Origin: Gammaproteobacteria bacterium
Lineage (GTDB): Bacteria; Pseudomonadota; Gammaproteobacteria; Tethybacterales; Persebacteraceae
Direction: 5' to 3'
Length of the DNA: 64,000 nucleotides
NCBI GenBank assembly: GCA_965243565.1
Contig: OZ251571.1
Coordinates: forward strand, 905,129-969,128
Shown here: positions 1 through 10,078 of the stretch, piece after piece
Layout of the letters: each line of letters starts with the position of its first letter
How positions within the stretch are numbered: the stretch's first letter is position 1
Notes under the pieces: generated by a model
The model's input: the letters and a program-made list of their open reading frames with translations, nothing else
What the model was told of the DNA's origin: nothing
Database searches by the model: none
Translations under genes and position numbers: made by a program

Positions 1-319
1 CGACCCTATATTGCGTTGAGAGTTCGATAATTTTACGCACCCACTCTATATGCACCTGATCAAATAAATTATTTTTACTTTCGTTTAAAATACCAATAAG
101 ATTGACAACAATGTCGGTATTTTTCAAAATAGCAGAAAGGTTTTCAGTAGAATTGCCATGATAAGAAATAACCGAAGTGTTGGGCAATAAAATAAGGTTA
201 TTTTTGACACGTTCACGATTGCGCGCAGGAATAATAACCGTATGCTCGCCTCGTTTGGCTATTTCAGCCGCTAAATGTCGGCCTATAAAACCACTTCCTC
301 CAAATATTACAATTTTCAT
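1..319 (-). CDS. NAD(P)-binding epimerase/dehydratase-like protein (SDR/NmrA-like); N-terminal ~106 codons only, gene continues off the window start
   Basis: Reverse-complement translation begins MKIVIFGGSGFIGRHLAAEIAKRG, a Rossmann GxxGxxG motif. The ATG at 319 overlaps the metG stop by 1 nt. Confidence 0.5.
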   Translation of the reverse strand, partial: MKIVIFGGSGFIGRHLAAEIAKRGEHTVIIPARNRERVKNNLILLPNTSVISYHGNSTENLSAILKNTDIVVNLIGILNESKNNLFDQVHIEWVRKIIELSTQYRV

Positions 320-2391
320 TATCTTATTTTTGCCCCTGCTTTGGTTTGTGAATCTGGCGAAAGCAAAACAACACCGCCATCGGCTTCGGCTGCTAGTACC
401 ATACCATAAGACACACCAAACCGCATTTTACGCGGCTTTAAATTGGCAAGATAAACCACCTGTCGCCCGATTAATGTTTGTGGGTCGTAGTATTTGCGAA
501 TACCCGAAAAAACATCACGTGGTTCGCTCTGGCCAATGTCTAGTGTTAAGTGTAGCAGTTTATCTGCATCTTCTATAATTTTTGCATCAACGACAGTTGC
601 AACACACATCTGTATTTTTGCAAAATCATCAATCGTAATATCATTATCGATTGATGATTTTGTTTCTTTTGTTGTTTCTTCTGTTGCTTTTTTTGGCTGT
701 AACGACTGTAACGGCTGTGTTAATTGGTTAATCGTTTTGTCTTCGATGCGTTTTAATAAATGACTGAATTTACCTATAACATGGGCGTTTTTTAGCGGCA
801 TAATGCCATTTGCTGTCCATTGATATGGCTCATGCTGAAAAAATGCTAAAACATCTTGTGCTAGGCTGGGAATAATAGGTGATAAATAGCCGATTATGCA
901 ATCAAACTGACGCAATGCTCTAGAGCAGAGTTCGTGTAATTGTTGGTGTTGGGAGTCATCTTTTGCCATTATCCATGGTTTATGTGAGTCGATCTCGGCA
1001 TTGAGAGCATCAACATTATGCATAATAATTTGTACGACTTCGTGGTAGCGACGTTGCTCATAAGCACGTTTTAGCCTGTTTTGAGTGTTGCTGTCAATGC
1101 CACCAAAAGAATCAACATTGTTATCAAGTGTGTTGTCAAAATAGCGATTTAAAAAATTAGCGGTGCGGCTAGGGATATTAATCAGTTTACCAACCAAATC
1201 GCTATTAATTTTTAATTTAAAATCGTTTAAATTAAAGTCGATATCCTCTACATTATCGCTTAGCTTGCTCGCATAGTAGTAACGCAAATAATCAGGTTTT
1301 AGCCCGAGTTTGATGTAGCTCTCGGCAGTGATAAAAGTACCACGGGACTTTGACATTTTCTCGCCGTTAACAGTTAAAAAGCCATGCACGAAGAGTCGAG
1401 TAGGCCGTCTGTAACCACTGTTTTTTAACATTGTAGGCCAAAACAAGCCGTGAAAATACAAAATATCCTTACCAATAAAATGATACATCTCTGTTTTATT
1501 TAGTGTGTCATCTTCTGTACATCGGCAAAAATCGTCAAATACAATTGTTTTATTTTTATCACAGAGGTTTTTAAAACTAGCCAAATAACCAATTGGTGCA
1601 TCTAACCAAACATAAAAGTATTTTTCGTCTTTTATATCAGGAATTTGAAAACCAAAATAAGGCGGATCGCGTGATATGTCCCAATCATGTAATCCTTTTT
1701 CAAGCCACTCATTGAGTTTATTGGCAATTTGCTTCTGCAAGCGTGAACCCGATGCACCTTCGGCATCAATGGTTACAGTATCGCTTAGCCATTGCTTTAG
1801 CTCTGCTTCTTTTCCGGTTAATTTTAAAAAATAATGTAAAGAACTGCGTAATTTTGGTGTGGTGTTCGATATAGTGGAAATTGGGTTTTTTAGAGCGGTT
1901 GACTCATAAACCGTACCACAGGCTTCGCAGGAATCACCGTATTGATCTTCTTTGCCACACTGCGGACATTCTCCTTTAATGTATCTATCGGGGAGGAATA
2001 TTGATTGTTCTTCATCGTAAAGTTGATTAATTTCACGCTCGACTATACAATCATTATTACGTAAACTCAAGAAAATAGACTCCGCAAATGCTCGATTTTC
2101 ATCACTATGGGTACTGTGATAATTGTCAAAGTCGACATTAAAATCAGCAAAATCTTTCATGTGAGATTTTTGCATTGAATAAATCAATTGCTCAGGTAAT
2201 ATATTTTCGGCTTTTGCACGTAGCATAATCGGCGTGCCATGGGCATCATCGGCACAGACAAACCAGCATTCGTTACCGCACATTTTTTGATAACGTGACC
2301 AAATATCTGCTTGAATATACTCAACTAAATGACCGATATGAATATCACCATTGGCGTAAGGCAGTGCGGCGGTCATTAAAATTCTTCTCAT
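319..2391 (-). CDS. metG: Methionyl-tRNA synthetase
   Basis: 690-aa ORF with class I HIGH motif (PYANGDIHIGHL), KMSKS, a Zn-knuckle CPxCG and a C-terminal tRNA-binding domain; collinear with E. coli MetG. Confidence 0.95.
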   Translation of the reverse strand: MRRILMTAALPYANGDIHIGHLVEYIQADIWSRYQKMCGNECWFVCADDAHGTPIMLRAKAENILPEQLIYSMQKSHMKDFADFNVDFDNYHSTHSDENRAFAESIFLSLRNNDCIVEREINQLYDEEQSIFLPDRYIKGECPQCGKEDQYGDSCEACGTVYESTALKNPISTISNTTPKLRSSLHYFLKLTGKEAELKQWLSDTVTIDAEGASGSRLQKQIANKLNEWLEKGLHDWDISRDPPYFGFQIPDIKDEKYFYVWLDAPIGYLASFKNLCDKNKTIVFDDFCRCTEDDTLNKTEMYHFIGKDILYFHGLFWPTMLKNSGYRRPTRLFVHGFLTVNGEKMSKSRGTFITAESYIKLGLKPDYLRYYYASKLSDNVEDIDFNLNDFKLKINSDLVGKLINIPSRTANFLNRYFDNTLDNNVDSFGGIDSNTQNRLKRAYEQRRYHEVVQIIMHNVDALNAEIDSHKPWIMAKDDSQHQQLHELCSRALRQFDCIIGYLSPIIPSLAQDVLAFFQHEPYQWTANGIMPLKNAHVIGKFSHLLKRIEDKTINQLTQPLQSLQPKKATEETTKETKSSIDNDITIDDFAKIQMCVATVVDAKIIEDADKLLHLTLDIGQSEPRDVFSGIRKYYDPQTLIGRQVVYLANLKPRKMRFGVSYGMVLAAEADGGVVLLSPDSQTKAGAKIR

Positions 2392-2453
2392 AGTAGAATT
2401 TTATCATTGACAGGGTAAGCATAAGATGATTTTTATTTATTTATGCCCTGCTC

Positions 2454-2459
2454 TATAAT
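2454..2459 (+). promoter_or_regulatory. Candidate -10 hexamer (TATAAT) for the TRAP operon, in the metG/dctP divergent intergenic region
   Basis: Perfect TATAAT ~48 nt upstream of the dctP ATG; the -35 is weak. Seen in sequence only. Confidence 0.3.
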
Positions 2460-2506
2460 GAATACTATCCTAAATATTGCAAGATAATAAAAAGAGGATA
2501 ACAACA

Positions 2507-3583
2507 ATGAAAAGAAGAGATTTTTTAACTGCTGGTTTGGTGGCAGGTGCAGTTGGTAGCACATTGACAGCGCCAGCGGTTTTAGCAAAAGATAAAATAA
2601 AATGGAAAATGGTCACGACATGGCCAAAAAACTTTCCCGGTCTTGGTACAGGTGCCAATCAGCTGGCTAAGTACATTACCGAAATGTCTGAAGGTCGCCT
2701 AGAAGTAACGGTTTATGGTGGTGGTGAGATTGTCCCGCCATTGGGTATTTTTGATGCCGTATCCGAAGGTGTCGCCGAAATGGGGCATGGTGCTGCCTAT
2801 TACTGGAAAGGTAAAACCCAAGCGGCTCAGTTTTTTGCTACAGTGCCATTTGGTTTGACTGCAGATGAAATGAATGCATGGGTATATTACGGTGGTGGTC
2901 AAAAAATTTGGGATGACATTTATGCCGACTTTAACCTAAAGCCATTTTTAGCAGGTAATACTGGTGTACAAATGGGTGGCTGGTTTAATCGCGAGATTAA
3001 TACATTGGGAGATTTTAAAGGACTTATTATGCGTATGCCCGGCTTGGGTGGCGAAGTCCTAAGCAATATCGGTGCAACCCCTAAATTACTGCCCGGTGGC
3101 GAAATATTCACCTCTTTACAGACCGGTGCAATTGACGCAACCGAGTGGGTAGGTCCTTACAATGATTTGGCATTTGGTTTTTATAAAATAGCAAAATATT
3201 ATTATTACCCAGGTTGGCACGAGCCCGGTACCGCATTGGAGTCTTTTGTTAACAAAAAAGCGTATGATGCATTGCCTAAAGATTTGCAACGCGTTATTGA
3301 AGTTGCTTGTCAAGCCGCTAATAACGACATGCATGCCGAGTTTACCGCACGTAATGGCCAAGCACTGGATACACTGATTAACAAGCATAATGTTCAGCTC
3401 AAGCGTTTTCCTGATGATGTGGTTGAAAAACTGCGTGTCACCAGTGAAGAGGTTGTTGCCAATGTTGCCAATAGTGATCCTGCTAGCAAAAAGGCTTACA
3501 ATAGTTATATTAAATTCCGTGCGAATGTGGGTAAATGGACAACATTATCCGAAACCAACTATTCAAACGCTCGTAAACTTTAA
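2507..3583 (+). CDS. TRAP transporter solute-binding protein (DctP family) with a twin-arginine signal peptide
   Basis: Start chosen at MKRRDFLTAGLVAGAVGS...AVLA (Tat motif RRDFL), preceded by AAGAGGA. DctP-family length and motifs, followed by dctQ/dctM. Confidence 0.85.
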   Translation: MKRRDFLTAGLVAGAVGSTLTAPAVLAKDKIKWKMVTTWPKNFPGLGTGANQLAKYITEMSEGRLEVTVYGGGEIVPPLGIFDAVSEGVAEMGHGAAYYWKGKTQAAQFFATVPFGLTADEMNAWVYYGGGQKIWDDIYADFNLKPFLAGNTGVQMGGWFNREINTLGDFKGLIMRMPGLGGEVLSNIGATPKLLPGGEIFTSLQTGAIDATEWVGPYNDLAFGFYKIAKYYYYPGWHEPGTALESFVNKKAYDALPKDLQRVIEVACQAANNDMHAEFTARNGQALDTLINKHNVQLKRFPDDVVEKLRVTSEEVVANVANSDPASKKAYNSYIKFRANVGKWTTLSETNYSNARKL

Positions 3584-3596
3584 TCATTGCTTATTG

Positions 3597-3630
3597 AATA
3601 CAGAGAATAAAATTCTCTGTATTCTTTTTT
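3597..3630 (+). terminator. Intrinsic terminator / intra-operon attenuator hairpin between dctP and dctQ
   Basis: Perfect 12-bp stem AATACAGAGAAT / ATTCTCTGTATT with a 3-nt loop, followed by CTTTTTT, immediately before the dctQ ATG at 3632. Confidence 0.6.
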
Positions 3631-3631
3631 A

Positions 3632-4135
3632 ATGCTCGAAACCATTCGTCGCACGATTGATGCAATCAGTGATGGCACTGGTCGTTTATTGTCATTTGCC
3701 TTGCCAATAATGACAATTACCACCATTGCCATCATTGTTTTTGCTCAATTTTTTAATAGTGGCTGGGTGTGGATGAATGAAATTATCGTTTATTTGCATG
3801 GCTTACTTTTTATGTTGGCGACTTCCTACACCCTATTGCACGAAGGACATGTGCGTGTTGATGTTATATATGCGAATTGCTCGCCAAAAAAACAAGCATG
3901 GATTAATATACTGGGCGTGATTTTCTTACTGGTTCCCACTTGTCTGGTCATTTTTATTTATTCGTATTCCTATGTTTTGAACTCTTGGAATGTACTTGAA
4001 ACCTCATCAGAGGGGCAAGGATTGCCAATTGTCTATCTATTAAAAACCAGTATTTTAATAATGCCTTGTCTTTTAATCTTGCAAGGTATTTCTATGATAA
4101 TCAAAAATTGGCAAGTGATACAAAACAAGGCGTAA
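3632..4135 (+). CDS. TRAP transporter small permease subunit (DctQ-like)
   Basis: 167-aa hydrophobic protein with 4 predicted TM segments, between the DctP and DctM homologs. Confidence 0.8.
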   Translation: MLETIRRTIDAISDGTGRLLSFALPIMTITTIAIIVFAQFFNSGWVWMNEIIVYLHGLLFMLATSYTLLHEGHVRVDVIYANCSPKKQAWINILGVIFLLVPTCLVIFIYSYSYVLNSWNVLETSSEGQGLPIVYLLKTSILIMPCLLILQGISMIIKNWQVIQNKA

Positions 4136-5509
4136 ATGACCGAGTTATTGCCTTTCTTTCTTTTTTTATTTGTCATTTTAATCTTATTGGCAGGATTTCC
4201 TGTTGCTTTTTCGCTAAGTGGTGGTGCATTAATATTTGCATTATTCGCTTATAGCTTTGATGTTTTTGACGCCAGTTTTTTAAGCGCAATCCCCTCTCGC
4301 CTTTATGGCATTATGACCAACGAAACGCTTATTGCGGTGCCGTTGTTTGTGTTTATGGGAACGTTGCTAGAGCATAGCAAAATATCTGAAGATTTATTAG
4401 AAGAGATGGGGCGTGCCTTTGGCAAGATGCGAGGTGGACTCGCTATATCGGTTTGCATTGTCGGTGCTATCTTGGCAGCATCGACTGGTATTGTTGGTGC
4501 GACTGTGGTTACCATGGGTTTAATATCATTGCCGGTTATGTTACGACACAAGTATAACCCTGCCCTATCTTGTGGTGTTATTAGTGCTTCTGGCACGTTG
4601 GGACAGATTATCCCACCGTCCATTGTCTTGGTTTTATTGGGGGATGTTATTAGCAATGCCAATCAAAAGGCACAACTAGAAGCTGGTAATTTTTCGCCCG
4701 ATACCGTATCGGTTGGCGATTTGTTTTTTGGTGCGTTAATTCCCGGGTTAATGCTGGTGGGAATGTACATAATTTATATTGTAATTACGGTAATTATAAA
4801 ACCGCATTGGGCTCCTCCCATCATGCAAAACAAAACAGATGAACACAAAAGTTTGCATATTTTTTCGGCACTATGGGCACCAATTGTTTTAATCATTGCC
4901 GTTTTAGGGACTATTATCATGGGCTTTGCCACCCCCACCGAAGCGGCAGCAGTCGGTGCTTTTGGCGCAATTATATTGGCTTCTATTAAAAAAACATTGT
5001 CTCTATCGATACTGAAAAAAGCAATGCACCAAGCCACTCGCATTAGCTGCATGGTATTTACCATTTTTATTGGTGCCAATATTTTTTCGTTGGTTTTTAG
5101 AGGTTTGGGCGGTGATGGAGTAGTAGTAGAAGCTTTAAACAACCTACCGGGTGGCGTTATTACTGCCTTTTTTACGGTAATGTTAATCATGTTTATCTTG
5201 GGCTTTTTTCTTGATTTTATCGAAATTGTTTTTGTGGTTGTCCCTATTGTTGCGCCTATCCTAATACAAATGGGCTTAGACCCAATTTGGTTGGGTATTA
5301 TGATTGCCATTAACCTACAAACATCTTTTTTAACACCACCATTTGGTTTTGCACTTTTTTATCTAAGAGGCGTTGCCCCACCTTCGATAAAAAGTAAAGA
5401 TATTTATCTGGGGGTGATCCCCTTTATTATAATTCAGCTGCTATTGCTGGTTTTATTGTGGTTTTATCCCAACCTAATAACATGGTTGCCTCATAAAATA
5501 TACAATTAG
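4136..5509 (+). CDS. TRAP transporter large permease subunit (DctM-like)
   Basis: 457-aa polytopic membrane protein with DctM-family similarity; start overlaps the dctQ stop. Confidence 0.9.
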   Translation: MTELLPFFLFLFVILILLAGFPVAFSLSGGALIFALFAYSFDVFDASFLSAIPSRLYGIMTNETLIAVPLFVFMGTLLEHSKISEDLLEEMGRAFGKMRGGLAISVCIVGAILAASTGIVGATVVTMGLISLPVMLRHKYNPALSCGVISASGTLGQIIPPSIVLVLLGDVISNANQKAQLEAGNFSPDTVSVGDLFFGALIPGLMLVGMYIIYIVITVIIKPHWAPPIMQNKTDEHKSLHIFSALWAPIVLIIAVLGTIIMGFATPTEAAAVGAFGAIILASIKKTLSLSILKKAMHQATRISCMVFTIFIGANIFSLVFRGLGGDGVVVEALNNLPGGVITAFFTVMLIMFILGFFLDFIEIVFVVVPIVAPILIQMGLDPIWLGIMIAINLQTSFLTPPFGFALFYLRGVAPPSIKSKDIYLGVIPFIIIQLLLLVLLWFYPNLITWLPHKIYN

Positions 5510-5740
5510 ACCTTTAGCAAAAAATCACTCGCTGATGCCCTTGTTATCGGCATCAATCCCTTACCAAATTAGACGATGTTGCAATAAATTTTTCTGGTAG
5601 TTTTTGCATAGCGTTCTCATAGTCATGGACTTGCCCCGTTAACAGAAATACAACACACGCCACCCAAGTATGACAGTTATATCAACAAACATAAAATCAT
5701 TTGGTAGAATCGACAACCCATTCTATAAAACTAATTATTT

Positions 5741-6988
5741 ATGATAATACTATCTGATAAACAACCATTTGCACAAGGTGGCAACCGCTATGTATTTGTT
5801 CATCCACAAGACAGCAACAAATGCATTAAAATATTGCAACCACATCGCTTAAGCAAGTTTGTACGACCGTATTATAAGTTTCCTCGAAATTTACGTGGTC
5901 TAAATCATTATGATGATAATTTACGTGAGCAAAAAGGGTATCGTTATGTTGATTCAATACCACAACAACACGATGCATATAAACACATTCCACACTATTA
6001 TGGTTTAGTAAAAACCGATATTGGATACGGTAGTGTGTCTCAACTTATGCGTGATTATGATGGCAACATTAGTAAGACATTAAGGCAATACTTGCAAGGA
6101 TTTGTAGCAGGAACAGAAGATAAAACCTATATTGACCACGTTAACGAACTTAAATCATTTATACGAGAAATATCTTTTATATCAAAAAAATTAACACCAC
6201 AAAACATATTATCAGTGCGTATTAATGAACACCAACGACGGTTATATATAATAGAAGGGTTTGGTACACAAGAATGGATTCCCCTAGTACGTTATGTCCC
6301 TTTCTTGAAAAAAAGGAAAATAGAGCGTACGCTCCACGCCTTTGATAAAAGAATAGATGTTGAATTTTCTCTCATCAAAAACACAGTAATATTATCTGCC
6401 AATGATTATTTTGCAGCGGGCAGAACACGACGTTGTTATGTTTCTCCACAGAACCCCAGTCAATGTTTAAAAATCGTTATTCCCGGTAGCGACGGTCTAA
6501 AACTCAGGAACAAAAAATACCGCCGCCTTTTTCCTGCCTCGCGTTACAATCCAAACATGATAGAATGGCGTTGCTACCAAAAAGTTGAAAAAATGAATGA
6601 CGAAACACTCTGGCAGCATATTCCTCGTTGCTATAGTTTTGTTAATACTAATATTGGACAAGCACTGGTTTTAGAATTACTATGCCATGCCGATGGTAGC
6701 ATCTCCACACCTCTTATTCAAAGGATTCAACAGGGGGTGGACGAATCATTACTATCTGCCTATAATGAATTTCTTGATTTTATCCGTCGAAGTGGTTTTT
6801 ATACAACAGAAGTTAATAATATAAATTGCGTTCGCCTACCAGATGGTAGTGAACGCCTCTATTTTGTTGAATGTAGATACCGTCGCCCTGGGTTAACTTT
6901 CATTCCCGCTATTCGCCGCCGCCGTTTAGAGAGAATAATACAAACACGCATTTACCCCGCTTTTAATAAATATGCCAAGCAAAAATAA
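5741..6988 (+). CDS. Tandem-duplicated YrbL-family (PhoP regulatory network, kinase-like fold) protein
   Basis: Two consecutive YrbL-like modules. Module 1: SDKQPFAQGGNRYVFVHPQDSNKCIKI. Module 2: AAGRTRRCYVSPQNPSQCLKIV. Both match the E. coli YrbL N-terminus (SEQSPLGTGRHRKCYAHPEDAQRCIKIV). Confidence 0.7.
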   Translation: MIILSDKQPFAQGGNRYVFVHPQDSNKCIKILQPHRLSKFVRPYYKFPRNLRGLNHYDDNLREQKGYRYVDSIPQQHDAYKHIPHYYGLVKTDIGYGSVSQLMRDYDGNISKTLRQYLQGFVAGTEDKTYIDHVNELKSFIREISFISKKLTPQNILSVRINEHQRRLYIIEGFGTQEWIPLVRYVPFLKKRKIERTLHAFDKRIDVEFSLIKNTVILSANDYFAAGRTRRCYVSPQNPSQCLKIVIPGSDGLKLRNKKYRRLFPASRYNPNMIEWRCYQKVEKMNDETLWQHIPRCYSFVNTNIGQALVLELLCHADGSISTPLIQRIQQGVDESLLSAYNEFLDFIRRSGFYTTEVNNINCVRLPDGSERLYFVECRYRRPGLTFIPAIRRRRLERIIQTRIYPAFNKYAKQK

Positions 6989-7038
6989 CATTACTTTTAG
7001 ATTATTTAGAAAGCGTTATCCGTCGCTATGCTTTTGAC

Positions 7039-8781
7039 ATGAATAATAAATTATTATTCCATGAATTTTGGCGGTTGTTAGCCCCCTATCGGCATATTTT
7101 TTATGGTTCTGTCGTTTGCATGGTAGTTGTTGGAATTAGCGAACCATTGCTACCATTACTATTGGGCGAGTTATTAGACAGTAGCCAAGTACCAGCCTCT
7201 TCCGCCGTCCCCCCTAGCCAATGGTTGCCATGGGCATTTTTAGTCATTATTATTGTACGCAGTATATTTGGCTTTGGGCGTAGTTATCTTGGCGGTTGGC
7301 TAGAAGTAACCATACAAAAAGATCTACGACAACAAGCAGGATATAACGTATTACGCAGAGCTCCTCAAAAATTAATGACCAGTAAGAGCGGTGAAATTAC
7401 ATCACATATTGTATTTTTAACGGGCGGATTGATTAAATCATTCATTAAAATCATTACCGCAGTTGTACAAGACAGCGTAAAACTAATCGGTTATATCGCA
7501 TTACTATTTTATTTACACTGGCAATTAGCGAGTATTGTAATTGTCTTTATAATGCCCATATTCATAGTGACTCGCTATATCAACCGACGAATAAAGAAAA
7601 GATCAAAAGGAATATTAGAAAAGACGATTATGTCTGTCTCTGGTGTTAACCAATTAGTTAACATTTGGAAAATAATTAAATTATATGGCGGACAAGAAAT
7701 AGAAAAAAAACATTTAGAAAAAAAATTCTCTCATATTCGTAACACAATGCTACGCCGTGTTTTAGCCAAATCAGCACTATTGCCACTAAACCAAATTTTA
7801 TTCGCCCTACCGTTTACTTATATTATTTATTATGTCATCGGCGAACTAGAACGGGATACAATCACCGCCGGCAGTGTTGCCGCTTTTATCTCCACTATGC
7901 TACTTATTAATGTACCGATACGCAGTATCATCAGTTCTATTGCTACTTGGGTTGAAATGACTGTAACAGCGGATTCTGTATTTAATTTTATAAATCACCC
8001 ATTAGAAAAAGATGATGGTAGTAAAACACTAGACAAAATAGACGGGCAACTTTCTTTTAATCAAGTATCATTTTCCTACCGTAACGATACAACAGCATTA
8101 GATAACATCACCCTCACCATAAAAGCTGGCGAAACTATTGCATTAGTTGGGCGCTCTGGCTCTGGTAAAACTACTCTTGTCAATTTATTACCCCGTTTTT
8201 TATCCCCTGATAGTGGTAGCATTACGCTAGACAATGTAAATATTGTTGACTTGAAACTACAATCACTACGCCAGCATATAGATATTGTCACACAAGAACC
8301 CTTGTTATTTGAGGACACAATGGTTAATAATATTACCTATCCTCAATCAATGAATCATGACAGCGCAAAAGTAGAAGCCGCGTTAAAAAATGCTGTTGTT
8401 GATTTTATTGACACATTGCCGGATAAATTAGATACCATTATCGGTGAAAATGGTGCTACTTTGTCGGGTGGTCAACGCCAACGGTTAATGTTAGCCCGAG
8501 CGTTTTATCGTGATGCCCCTATTATTATTTTAGACGAAGCGACATCGGCACTAGACAGCGATACCGAAGGCAAAATAAAAACTGCAATGCAACGACTACT
8601 TAAAGGACGCACTGCCATTATTATTGCACACCGCTTTACTACTATAGATTTTTCCGACCGCGTGGCAGTGATAGATAAAGGAAAGTTAATTGCCATTGGC
8701 ACCGTGCAAGAACTACTAAAAACCTGCCCATTATTTGCAGAACTCTACGAGGCACAACGCTTAGAAGATGCAGCATCATGA
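7039..8781 (+). CDS. ABC transporter, fused permease/ATPase (MsbA-like lipid A/polysaccharide exporter)
   Basis: N-terminal 6-TM domain; Walker A GRSGSGKTT, ABC signature LSGGQRQR, Walker B ILDEATSALD. Confidence 0.85.
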   Translation: MNNKLLFHEFWRLLAPYRHIFYGSVVCMVVVGISEPLLPLLLGELLDSSQVPASSAVPPSQWLPWAFLVIIIVRSIFGFGRSYLGGWLEVTIQKDLRQQAGYNVLRRAPQKLMTSKSGEITSHIVFLTGGLIKSFIKIITAVVQDSVKLIGYIALLFYLHWQLASIVIVFIMPIFIVTRYINRRIKKRSKGILEKTIMSVSGVNQLVNIWKIIKLYGGQEIEKKHLEKKFSHIRNTMLRRVLAKSALLPLNQILFALPFTYIIYYVIGELERDTITAGSVAAFISTMLLINVPIRSIISSIATWVEMTVTADSVFNFINHPLEKDDGSKTLDKIDGQLSFNQVSFSYRNDTTALDNITLTIKAGETIALVGRSGSGKTTLVNLLPRFLSPDSGSITLDNVNIVDLKLQSLRQHIDIVTQEPLLFEDTMVNNITYPQSMNHDSAKVEAALKNAVVDFIDTLPDKLDTIIGENGATLSGGQRQRLMLARAFYRDAPIIILDEATSALDSDTEGKIKTAMQRLLKGRTAIIIAHRFTTIDFSDRVAVIDKGKLIAIGTVQELLKTCPLFAELYEAQRLEDAAS

Positions 8782-8896
8782 GATGAATTTTACCTGTCGC
8801 CTCATCTATACCGACTTCTTCTAATCCTATCCCCTGCCAACGAAATAAAAATAGAGAAAAACTCTCCAATACCAGTACACAGGGTAAAATATCACT

Positions 8897-9940
8897 GTGA
8901 AAATACTACATGTCGCTAATTTTTCTTGGTTTAACGCCAAACACAAGCGTGCCGATAACATGGCACGTTACTACGCCCCCGATCGTAAAATTAGTAATGG
9001 ACTAATCCGCAACGGGTATAACGTATGGGATTTTAGTTATCGTGATACCGCACGATATCTTTCCCCATTAGGCATGGGTAAAAAGCTCGGTGCCCAAAAA
9101 ATGAACCAGTACTTAATAAATCAGGCACGCTACTACAAACCCGATTTATTATTATTAGGACACTGCGAATTATTAACACCTACAACATTAGCAACATTGC
9201 GCGACATGCTACCAAATTGTAAAATAGCACAATGGTGGGTGGATTGGTTCACTGATAATTCCATACGGCATCTAAACAAAAAATTACCTTATTTAGATGC
9301 CTTTTACGCCACCACTGCCCCCTCTTATTATCAAAACCTAATCGCCCCTTCCTCCTCTACTTCGGACGAAGCATCAACAGCGTTATATTATCTACCCAAC
9401 ATTACCGATTCTTCTGTAGAAACCAAGCAAGCATACAACGCCCCAACTCATCAATATGATGTTTTATTTATCGGTACCGATGCCGCAGAACGCGCCCATT
9501 TATTACAACAAATAAAAAAAATACCTAATATTAATTGCGGATTTTTTGGTTTTGATGGACAACCAAAACTAACAGGTAGCGATTTTATTACCGCCTTTGG
9601 TAACAGTAAAATGGGGTTAAATTTAAGCCGTGCTACCGACATCCCCCTATACTCATCAGATCGCTTGGCACAACTTACGGGCAACGGTTGTTTAACCCTC
9701 ACCCCCAGAATTCCGCAAATGACAACGCTTTTTAATGAAGAAGAAGTAGTGTATTACGATAGCAATGAGCAATTAATAGAAATTATAAAAAAATACAGCA
9801 AAGATAACGACAAATGGCGAGAGATAGCAAAAGCAGGCTGGCAACGCTCCCACAGTAGTTATAACGAACGCCGAGTAACGCAGTTTATGGTAGAAGCCGC
9901 TAATAAAGAAAAATTTAGCGAAAAATATGAATGGATTTAA
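8897..9940 (+). CDS. Putative glycosyltransferase (CgeB-like / GT1-like C-terminal domain)
   Basis: 347-aa ORF in a polysaccharide cluster. Weak family-level resemblance to CgeB/DUF3880-type glycosyltransferases; identity not secure. Confidence 0.45.
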   Translation: MKILHVANFSWFNAKHKRADNMARYYAPDRKISNGLIRNGYNVWDFSYRDTARYLSPLGMGKKLGAQKMNQYLINQARYYKPDLLLLGHCELLTPTTLATLRDMLPNCKIAQWWVDWFTDNSIRHLNKKLPYLDAFYATTAPSYYQNLIAPSSSTSDEASTALYYLPNITDSSVETKQAYNAPTHQYDVLFIGTDAAERAHLLQQIKKIPNINCGFFGFDGQPKLTGSDFITAFGNSKMGLNLSRATDIPLYSSDRLAQLTGNGCLTLTPRIPQMTTLFNEEEVVYYDSNEQLIEIIKKYSKDNDKWREIAKAGWQRSHSSYNERRVTQFMVEAANKEKFSEKYEWI

Positions 9941-10078
9941 TATATTTTTTAAAGATATATATATTAATAAGTAATTGAATATATGTATCTTTAATTGAAT
10001 ATGATTTATAAATTAATAATAAAATTTAACTAAAAATATTATTTTGTTTTACATTCCATAGAGTATAATTTCACCATT

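Noticed and set aside
177-763. Plus-strand ORFs 177..578 and 494..763
   Set aside because: They are antisense to the well-supported metG and the upstream epimerase-like gene, have low-complexity translations and no homology.
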